Of a stretch of DNA of 64,000 nt, positions 53,655-62,338 are shown piece by piece. The translations under genes and the position numbers were made by a program. This DNA is from Amphiscolops sp. MND2022 (Eukaryota): contig OZ076409.1 of the NCBI GenBank assembly GCA_964187785.1, positions 45,572,001 to 45,636,000 on the forward strand. Direction: 5' to 3'. The stretch's first letter is position 1, and every line of letters begins with the position of its first letter. Under the pieces are notes generated by a model. That model searched no databases, was not told the origin of the DNA, and worked only from the letters and a program-made list of their open reading frames with translations.

Positions 53655-54021
53655 CAAGACGAGAACGTCTAAAGTCGGCGCTATATCTAAGGCTCAAAAA
53701 GGGCAAAACATTCTTTTGGAAAAAAACTTGAAATTTTTGAATTCTTTTCCTTCGAAAAATGTCGCATAGTGCCGGAGTGCAAATGTAAAAGGGGACCCTT
53801 TTGGATTTATTAACATACATTCTGTTACAAAATATCAAAAAACTTGAAGGGGGACCCTTTGGGGACATTAAAAATTTTCGCAAAAAGTCGCACAGTGCCA
53901 AAAAAATTGAACGGGGGGCCTTTTAGTCTCGTCCAGTTTTGTAGGTTACGCTAAAAAAGTGAAAAATGAAAAGGGGACCCTTTGCACTAAGTTTGCCTTG
54001 ACCGGACTTGGCCATAGGTGG
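53655..54021. repeat. Non-coding repeat with recurring GGGGACCCTTT and GTCGCA(T/C)AGTGCC motifs; abuts and is probably interrupted by element E
   Basis: GGGGACCCTTT-like motif occurs four times (53790, 53849, 53914, 53973); GTCGCA.AGTGCC occurs twice. Class unknown. Confidence 0.45.
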
Positions 54022-55779
54022 TGTCGCAGGCTGCCGCCTGTGACGGCACATTGATAACGACGTCAGCGCCAAACCAGGAAACCGTCCCAGGTACCCTACC
54101 TACATTTTAAACTTCCATTTGCTGAAACTTGAATTTATGTGTTAACTATGTTCGTTTTGTTTGATCAAGTACATTTATAGTTGTTTGTAGTATTAGTCTG
54201 TTAAAATTACGATTTGGAAATATCCAAATCAGGATGTGTTTTGAAGTTTAGCAGGAAGCTTATTGTAATACAAAATGTAAAATCAATTTGAGGCAATAAC
54301 ACACTGTAAGTAAGTTAATCGCGAGAAGGAAACGTGTTCAAGTGAGAAAACGTCCCTTCTCGGCAACGTAACTTTCAGTACAGCTATTAGCCAATCAGAG
54401 TGCTTCTTTTGTTAATAATGAATGCTTCATTCATGATGGCCGAATAAGGCCTATTGACTGAGCGGTGCTATTTTATGCCAGTCCTTTAGTCAAACAGCCA
54501 ATTCAGGCTAATTCAAGCATATTAATACCTTTGCTGTCTAATTGATTCCATACTTACTCGGAGCTACTAGAATAGTGATTTTAATTTAGACAAATAAATT
54601 GGTGATGCTTTGATGCTTATACATTTTCAACTTGAATAAAAGGACAATTCAGGCCCTTTTACCATGTCCTTTAAGTGTGCAGTGCATGATATGGATTTAA
54701 GACTGTTCCGGCCCTGACATGTGAGTATTTCCTGATATCGGTGCGATATTAAAATTCCATTACATATAGCAGTACATTCCATTCTCAACTTAATCCGCAG
54801 TAAACTTGTGTCGGCACGTGCCTGCACTACCCGCTACAAGAAAATATGTAGGCTAAGGTATTTGTTTGCATCACGGTTGAAGTAAATATTCCCAATGAAT
54901 TGTTTGATGTTGCCGCTTAATATGATGACTTTGAATGCCATTCTGTAAATATTCCCCGGAAATATGTAACCGAAGGGGAATTCCTTTGTGAAATTTGAAG
55001 ATCATATGATCTACTTTCCCTCGCAGGTCATGTAAAGAATGTGATTGTCATTCCCCGAGCAGTATAAATACCACTACCCTGTTGGGGAATTCATTAATCT
55101 GTTCTGATCTATGCGAGTAAAGTTGTACAAAAGCAGTTAACCTGTTAGTTTTCCGGTTCTGATAATTCAAATATTCAACCCGGTTCAGTCTCAATGCCTA
55201 CTACCAGAAAACAAAAGAAAGCAAGGAAATCTAGAGGACTTGAAATTCTCTCAGATATAGAAAACTTGAACGTAATGTTAGGTGAAAATCATTTTAATGA
55301 GACAGAAAGGGACGATAGCTTCGATGGTACTTCCATCAGAAGACAGGAAAGTGTCATCAGTAATAACTTGGAAAATGAAGGAATGAATCCTTACTCTAAT
55401 CATAGAAATTTGGGAGTTGGGACTAGTGCCGATTACGGCCAAAATTCAGCAAGCGCAGATTCCCAAGTTGAGATCAATAGATTGTCGAGTGAATTGAACT
55501 CTAGGATATCAAGGGAAATGGATGAGATGATGAATAATGTTAGTTCCCAGATCCAGAGGGCCATAAACGATGCCATCAATAACCAAGTTTTGCCTCAAAT
55601 TCAAAACGTTATTATGGCCGGCCCGGGACAGGGGACTAGAAGGGGATGGGAGAGGTCCGTAGAGAGACCGGAAGTTTATCCCGAAGTTCCACACAGCTCA
55701 AAAGCCAGAATTAATTCAAACAATGAACAAAGTGAAATCCATCATAGAGGTGAGAAATCACATCATAATGTTCATGACA
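54022..55779 (+). repeat. 5' LTR of element E (1758 bp)
   Basis: Starts TGTCGCAG as in B and ends TGACA before PBS TGGTGACAGGAG (55780-55791). TATAAATA at 55063-55070. Partner LTR not in window. Confidence 0.8.
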
Positions 55780-56906
55780 TGGTGACAGGAGACAACGAAT
55801 CTCCAAATCCAGTTCCTGAGTTTCTCACGGGACGAACCTCATCCAGAGACCATCTCGACGGGTCCTTTGAGGACATCAACCTCGACACGACGATCCCAGC
55901 ACAAGAGAGAATCGCTACGGCTGCTGACTCCGACCCCATCACTCGACTGGCAGACGTCTTGACTACAATGCAGAATAGACCGACAGCACAACAACTCACC
56001 ATACGCCCAGTCAACTCAAATACCATGACATTCGATGGCAAAAGTGAGAAATTCGAGCTGTTCGAAGATCTATTTCACACTATGATCAAGATGCAACCAG
56101 AAATGACTGAGCAAATGAAGATCAATCACTTCCACTCCTTATTGAGGAAGAATGCTCTTCAGACGTTCAGAAACATCAGCTCCAGCAACAGACAAACACT
56201 AGAAGACGTATTAATCATCTTTAGACGAAAATACGTCAAGCCCGAGTCACAGGCAACTGCCAAACACAAATGGCACCGTCTGGTCTTTGATCCCAACACG
56301 ATGAAACTGCCTGATTTCCTTGAAGAATTAAATCAAGGGGCAGAAAAGGCGTTTGGAGACCATGCGCAGAAAATGATTGACAGCTTGCTTTACGCAAAAT
56401 TGCCACCGAAACTGAAACGGTCTGTAAATATGGCCAGACTAGAAAATGGCTCATATGACGAGATAGTTGCTCATTTGGAGAGAGAATTAGAGCTTAACGC
56501 CCTCGAGGAGTCAGACGATTTACCAATAGCAACAATGACTTCCTCATCAACTAAGCCCAAAACCCCTCTGTCCACTGGGCAAATGTCCGATATCACTTGC
56601 AATTACTGTAAGGAAAAGGGCCATATAGTCAAAGAATGTGAAAAATTGAAGAAGAAAAAGGAAAAAGATGCCCAACAAGGCAAACAGACTCAGAAAAAGA
56701 CGTATCCGGAGTGTGGCACATGTGGTAAAAAGAACCACCCAGAGGAAAGATGTTGGCAAGGTGCTGGTGCGCATCTTAAACCCAAACGCACCAGACCAGA
56801 TGACGCCAATGACGGTAAACCCAATCCAAAGGCGCAGAAACCACAAAACAAATCAACATCGTCCAACTCACAAACCTCATCTTCCAATGATGAGTCAAAA
56901 AACTAA
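55194..56906 (+). CDS. gag: Gag, 570 aa, two CCHC zinc knuckles
   Basis: CNYCKEKGHIVKEC and CGTCGKKNHPEERC; capsid-like FDGKSEKFELFEDLF...HFHSLLR. Confidence 0.95.
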   Translation: MPTTRKQKKARKSRGLEILSDIENLNVMLGENHFNETERDDSFDGTSIRRQESVISNNLENEGMNPYSNHRNLGVGTSADYGQNSASADSQVEINRLSSELNSRISREMDEMMNNVSSQIQRAINDAINNQVLPQIQNVIMAGPGQGTRRGWERSVERPEVYPEVPHSSKARINSNNEQSEIHHRGEKSHHNVHDMVTGDNESPNPVPEFLTGRTSSRDHLDGSFEDINLDTTIPAQERIATAADSDPITRLADVLTTMQNRPTAQQLTIRPVNSNTMTFDGKSEKFELFEDLFHTMIKMQPEMTEQMKINHFHSLLRKNALQTFRNISSSNRQTLEDVLIIFRRKYVKPESQATAKHKWHRLVFDPNTMKLPDFLEELNQGAEKAFGDHAQKMIDSLLYAKLPPKLKRSVNMARLENGSYDEIVAHLERELELNALEESDDLPIATMTSSSTKPKTPLSTGQMSDITCNYCKEKGHIVKECEKLKKKKEKDAQQGKQTQKKTYPECGTCGKKNHPEERCWQGAGAHLKPKRTRPDDANDGKPNPKAQKPQNKSTSSNSQTSSSNDESKN

Positions 56907-59900
56907 CTTCGCCACGACTCCAATACAACCAACTAATATCTGTCCGACAATTTATCAGATCGGACCCTCCAACGCAAACTTTCCACCAATACAATCAACA
57001 ATTGATGGGCTATCCCTCTGTTGTCTGGCAGCAACAGATGGAAAAAGCTACCATAATCACCTACAACAATACACATTTGTTCCAAAAACCAATTCCTGTT
57101 TGGGATCCTGATTATACCACAACCTTCACTACCCGTTTCAGGCCCATTCCCCTGATTGACGACTACAACCCAACGTACATCGACCAAGACTATGGCAGAG
57201 ATCCCTATTGGGACACCGAGATCTATAACCAAGATTTGCTGCAATTTCAATACGTCCTGGACGATATTGAACACTACAATCGAACAGTCCACGAAAACCC
57301 TCCGATTACTCACAACAAAAAGACACGAGCACTAATCGAAAACTGGCAAATGAATGATGGCACAAACCATCCAGTGTTCCCAAACCCATTGGGGACCGAG
57401 ACCCATGAGGACGTTGCTCAACCCATACCACAATCACTATTGGACGAGAAACAATTCCAGAATGTCTTAATCACCAGAGACGGTGAACCAGACTGTATAC
57501 CATTGTCGACCAACATCAACCTCAAATGCAAGAAACGCATGTTGTACTTCCCCATGGACTTTGGGGAGCTGACCATAGATGGACTCATTGACACTGGAGC
57601 ATTGTCCAGTGCAATTCCAGAAATGGACCTCCGGAAAATTCGACTCTTATCTCCACAATCTGTTATCCGGGAAGGTCCGCCTCCGAATTTCCAAATTATG
57701 GTCGCTAATGGGCAACTGGAAACGCCCAAAAGCACAATAGAACTTAAATTTGAAGTTGGCGACATTGAGTTTCATGAGATTTTCATAGTCATGGAACACC
57801 TGACAGGTCCGATTATCGGCCTAATGTTCCTTCAACGAAACCACACAGTTCTGGACATGAGACAAGGAATACTGAATTTCCCGTTCTTCTCAATGCAGCT
57901 CAAAACAGCTGACCATAAATACTCAAACGTACTTGAACCAATCCTCAACCCTGCTGAAATAACCGTTCGGCCAAATGACAGAGTCCTAATCCGGACTAAT
58001 TCCCTACTCTACCCTGAGAATGCTGTCACTGGAATTTTGCAACCGAGCGACCTTCTTCACGAAGAAGGCGACATCACCTTTTGCCCAGCTTTGGTCACAT
58101 TGAATGATGGCAATATCTTGATACCAGTGAATAATTTCACAGACCACCCTTACAAACTGAAGAAGGGACTCCATATTGCCAATTTCTCAGTCATGACGCC
58201 AGAACAAATGAAATATGTTAAACCGGTAGACCCGGCATCAACCTGGCATCTCTTGCAAAATGACCAAGAGCAAGCGGCCCATTACGTCAGCAGCCTCATC
58301 AAGACCAACAAAAATCTGCAAAATCCTGAAAACTATTGGTTCCCGACTCCAGAAAATCCTGGAAACCCCGAGGAACACACACCCATACAAAAACGGATCC
58401 TACGTGAGTTACAGGCCTTACAGGACCTGGAGACTCTCGACCCCACCAAAGATGAAGAATCACGTGCAAAATTCTTAGAAAACTTCGATTGGAAAGATTC
58501 CACCCTTACTCCTGAAGAGAAGGAGAAAATAGAGGAATTGTTAGTGGAATTCCACGATATCTTTGCACGACACCGATTTGATATAGGCATGAATGAGGAC
58601 CTCAAGGTAAAACTGACACCTAAAGACGATTCCCCAGCCTATAGCCAAAGTCTTCCGGCTCCTATCAACTTGAAGGACGACATCTTAGTCGAATTAGCCA
58701 TGTTGCACAGATATGGCATCATTACCACACTACCGTTCTCAAAGTATGCAAGCCCAATATTTGCCCAAAAGAAACCAAATGGCAAGCTACGACTTTTGGT
58801 TGATTTGAGAAAAATCAACAACCTTATCTCGGATGATTATATAAACAATAATCACCCTGTTAGCACCCTGGTTGATGCTGCCCAACACTTGGCAGGCAAA
58901 AAACTGTTCTGTAAATTAGACTGTTCACAGGCATACCACTGCCTACCAATGGCCGACCAACGCTCAATAGAAATGTTGGCTTTTAATTTTGCCAGTCGTA
59001 CATTCGCGTACAGACGTTTGGCACAAGGCCTTAGTCGGTCACTATCCGCATTCTCGAGTTTCATGAGGGAATACCTCGACAAAGTCATTAAAGCGGATCA
59101 ATGTGCCCAGTATGTGGACGATATCGGCATCGCAGCCAATGATGTCGACCACCTCATGACGAACCTGAGAGCAACATTCAAATGCATTCAGGAAGCAGGC
59201 CTTAAGTTGACAATGCACAAATGTCACTTCGGTGCAAAAGAAATCGATTTTCTCGGACGGACTATTACCCCGCAAGGCGTCAAACCCCAGAAACAGAACG
59301 TGCAAAACTTTCTGGAAAAGACCAAATTCCCAAAGTCGAAAAGGGCTTTGCAGCGCTACTTGGGATTCTTGAATTACTACAGAAATTATGTCCCAAGACT
59401 TTCAGAACGCCTTGCCCCATTCTACAAGATGCTAAAGAATGACGAAAAGGTCCTGGTATCGAAAGAATTGGTCCAACAATTCGAGGAAATCAACAAAGCA
59501 CTTGACAAATGTTGCGACTTGGCATTACAACAACCCATTCCGAACAAACAAATAGCACTAATGACTGACGCAAGTTTTGGTGCAGCCGGATACGCGGTCT
59601 TAATCGAAGATGACCCCAACCAGAAATTCACGTCACTCAGAAAATCGTATGCACCAGTCGCATACGGATCAAAAACTTTCACCCCAGCCCAGATAAAGAT
59701 GTCAATTTATGCAAAAGAATTCCTTGCAATTTACTTTGCATTCAAAGAATTCGGACATATATTCTGGGGTGCGCCGAACCCGGTCATCATCCTTACGGAC
59801 AACAAAGCCGTCACGAGATTTTTCCAAACGAAAATAATACCCCCAGCCCTGTGGAATGCATGTGATTATGTGATTCAGTTCAATTTTGTCATAGCACACA

Positions 59901-62110
59901 TCCCGGGGGCACAGAACACAGCAGCTGACTATTTGTCCCGATTGGAGGCAGATCCGAAGGATAAATTAGTCATGAAAATCCGTGAGGATGTACAAACTTT
60001 ACCAATTGAAATCAATGTCCAATCCGCAGGGGTGTCGCAAGAAGAACAAATCTTCTACACCAATGACGACGATGAGACAGAGGAACAGGCTTGGGCAAGG
60101 AAAGAAGCAATCAGGAAAAACCCAGCAATTGATGAGCCCACTGTCACTATACAAACTTTGTCAACAAATCTGGTCAAGCAACACCCCGATGTACAAGTCC
60201 GATTGAGGAAAATGAACCAGATCATCATTGAGCAATCCAAAGATACAGTATTACAACAATTGAAGGCGAAACTCCTTCATGAAGACTATCCAGAAAACAT
60301 ACTGCAACAAGATGCTCGATATAGACACTATGCAAATAATCTGGAGCGAATCGTACTCAAGGACGAAATCCTGACAAGGCAATATTTTGATGAAACAGGG
60401 AATGTTAAATACCATCAAATTTTGCTCCCGCAACACCTACTTCGGGAAGTGCTCCACTCCCTTCATGGGACAGCGCATAAACATCCCGGGATTTCAAAAA
60501 TGTTGCAGGAAATCAGACAAAAGTATTATTACCCTAACATGGCAAAACATGTCAAAAAGTGGGTAGAAGGGTGTGAACAATGTGCAAAGGACAAACGAGT
60601 CCCAAACGCAACAATCACGCCTGAACTACTTAACTTGCCGGAATGGGACCTTGGACCCGAAGACGCCATGCAAATCGACTTACTGCCGAACCTTCCCCCA
60701 AGTGGAGGATACGAAAATGTTTTAACTGCAATTGATGTCTTCTCTCGATACTTGTTTGCTTATCCTCTTACGGATGCATCAGCCATCAATGTAGCTAAAG
60801 CAATCATTGATATTATGACCAAACATTCTTACCTACCGACGACGCTCATTACGGACAAAGGAACTGCCTTTACCTCCACGGTCATTGCGGAAATTACACA
60901 GATTTTAGGCCTTACCCTAAAATGTGCAACGACGAAACACCCGCAAACTATCGGGAAATTAGAGCGAACGCACGCCTCATTGAAAACGAACCTGAAAATG
61001 GCATGCGGGGAATATCGCCGACAATGGCATAAATATTTACCTTTAGCAGTTCTCAATCATAACACTAGTTATCATGCCAGTATCGGATGCGAACCCACAA
61101 GAGTGTTCCATGGGAGAATCCCATACAACATATTGGATCACAAACTTGGAATGAATCCAAATGAGCCAATCCATCCGACTACTGAATTTGCCGAAGAAAT
61201 CCAGAACCGGACCAAACTCCTTATTGACAAAACAAAGCAGAACATCATGCAGTCATATATCAAATATAAGGAGTATTACGACCGAAAAGCAAAAGCCGCC
61301 CCACTTAAAGAGGGCGATTACTGTTTTGTATTACAGCCGAAAGCGGATCATCAAGGATCAAAAATTCCATTCAGGGATTATCGTTGGGTTGGACCGTTTA
61401 TAGTCCAGAACACCTTACCTAATGAGAATTACATTGTCCGCAGGCTTAATACAAATAAAACGCAGATATTGCATCGAATTCGTCTCAAAAAGTTTGTTCC
61501 AAATCAGCCACTTGAGGACAATTTCCAAGAACAGCGTCTACAGCCGGATGACGAAATAATCATTCCGCAAGACGACTTGTATGTAATAACGTGGGAAACA
61601 AACTTTGGTGAACAGCTAGATACACGAGGCAGCGAGCCTATTCCGGCCAGCTTGACGAATGACGGACAGCCGAGTACGGCAGAAACGAATGCGAGTGACG
61701 CAAGCGAGAATGAAGTTGATTATGTAATCACGAGTGACGAATCAAATCTCACTGACCGCGCGTCGCATAGACGGAATGAACGACTAATTGAGGACGTCAC
61801 TAAAAGAAATGAAGCTACTGAAGCTATTAGAAATGAAGTATTTGATTGGCCGAATCCGGCCGCCTCCCCAAAAACCCAAGAAAAATATTCGCCGGATATG
61901 GCAAATGGACCAAATGACGATGAAAATTTTCCAGAAAGAAATTCAACGAATGAAAGCGATGCACAAAATTCTCCAAATAGGGGGGATGATATTATCGTGC
62001 CCGAAATACCTGAAAACGATGCTAGAAATGAAAGTCTGAGCCCTAGAGGAGGGAAATATAATCTCAGGCCTAACCCTAATCCAAACTACTCAGAAGATTT
62101 CAGATACTAG
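56903..62110 (+). CDS. pol: Pol polyprotein (PR, RT, RNase H, integrase), in the -1 frame relative to gag
   Basis: Frame is open from 56903. LIDTGA (PR), YVDD (RT), TDAS/KEFLA/TDN (RH), H..H..CEQC, IDL/TDKG/LER (IN DDE), GPF. Domain order is that of Ty3/Gypsy. Confidence 0.98.
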   Translation, partial: LTSPRLQYNQLISVRQFIRSDPPTQTFHQYNQQLMGYPSVVWQQQMEKATIITYNNTHLFQKPIPVWDPDYTTTFTTRFRPIPLIDDYNPTYIDQDYGRDPYWDTEIYNQDLLQFQYVLDDIEHYNRTVHENPPITHNKKTRALIENWQMNDGTNHPVFPNPLGTETHEDVAQPIPQSLLDEKQFQNVLITRDGEPDCIPLSTNINLKCKKRMLYFPMDFGELTIDGLIDTGALSSAIPEMDLRKIRLLSPQSVIREGPPPNFQIMVANGQLETPKSTIELKFEVGDIEFHEIFIVMEHLTGPIIGLMFLQRNHTVLDMRQGILNFPFFSMQLKTADHKYSNVLEPILNPAEITVRPNDRVLIRTNSLLYPENAVTGILQPSDLLHEEGDITFCPALVTLNDGNILIPVNNFTDHPYKLKKGLHIANFSVMTPEQMKYVKPVDPASTWHLLQNDQEQAAHYVSSLIKTNKNLQNPENYWFPTPENPGNPEEHTPIQKRILRELQALQDLETLDPTKDEESRAKFLENFDWKDSTLTPEEKEKIEELLVEFHDIFARHRFDIGMNEDLKVKLTPKDDSPAYSQSLPAPINLKDDILVELAMLHRYGIITTLPFSKYASPIFAQKKPNGKLRLLVDLRKINNLISDDYINNNHPVSTLVDAAQHLAGKKLFCKLDCSQAYHCLPMADQRSIEMLAFNFASRTFAYRRLAQGLSRSLSAFSSFMREYLDKVIKADQCAQYVDDIGIAANDVDHLMTNLRATFKCIQEAGLKLTMHKCHFGAKEIDFLGRTITPQGVKPQKQNVQNFLEKTKFPKSKRALQRYLGFLNYYRNYVPRLSERLAPFYKMLKNDEKVLVSKELVQQFEEINKALDKCCDLALQQPIPNKQIALMTDASFGAAGYAVLIEDDPNQKFTSLRKSYAPVAYGSKTFTPAQIKMSIYAKEFLAIYFAFKEFGHIFWGAPNPVIILTDNKAVTRFFQTKIIPPALWNACDYVIQFNFVIAHIPGAQNTAADYLSRLEADPKDKLVMKIREDVQTLPIEINVQSAGVSQEEQIFYTNDDDETEEQAWARKEAIRKNPAIDEPTVTIQTLSTNLVKQHPDVQVRLRKMNQIIIEQSKDTVLQQLKAKLLHEDYPENILQQDARYRHYANNLERIVLKDEILTRQYFDETGNVKYHQILLPQHLLREVLHSLHGTAHKHPGISKMLQEIRQKYYYPNMAKHVKKWVEGCEQCAKDKRVPNATITPELLNLPEWDLGPEDAMQIDLLPNLPPSGGYENVLTAIDVFSRYLFAYPLTDASAINVAKAIIDIMTKHSYLPTTLITDKGTAFTSTVIAEITQILGLTLKCATTKHPQTIGKLERTHASLKTNLKMACGEYRRQWHKYLPLAVLNHNTSYHASIGCEPTRVFHGRIPYNILDHKLGMNPNEPIHPTTEFAEEIQNRTKLLIDKTKQNIMQSYIKYKEYYDRKAKAAPLKEGDYCFVLQPKADHQGSKIPFRDYRWVGPFIVQNTLPNENYIVRRLNTNKTQILHRIRLKKFVPNQPLEDNFQEQRLQPDDEIIIPQDDLYVITWETNFGEQLDTRGSEPIPASLTNDGQPSTAETNASDASENEVDYVITSDESNLTDRASHRRNERLIEDVTKRNEATEAIRNEVFDWPNPAASPKTQEKYSPDMANGPNDDENFPERNSTNESDAQNSPNRGDDIIVPEIPENDARNESLSPRGGKYNLRPNPNPNYSEDFRY

Positions 62111-62338
62111 AAAAGACTGAATTCAATTCAGGAACCGAGCCCTGAATCGTGCTTTCTTTTCCTTTTATCGTTTTTTTTCTTTCCAGTCCCATGAAGAAAG
62201 TATTTTGAATAAATAATGGGACGTACAGAGATCCCTTACAAAGCAGATAAATAACGGGACCAAAAAACCAAGAATAGTGAAATGAAAATGCAAAACAACA
62301 AAGTTTACAGTCCAAAAAGAACACATATATATGTACAG

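Noticed and set aside
57418..61056. Numerous short minus-strand ORFs overlapping pol (likewise over gag/pol of A, B and D)
   Set aside because: Shadow ORFs of the coding strand, with no independent motifs.
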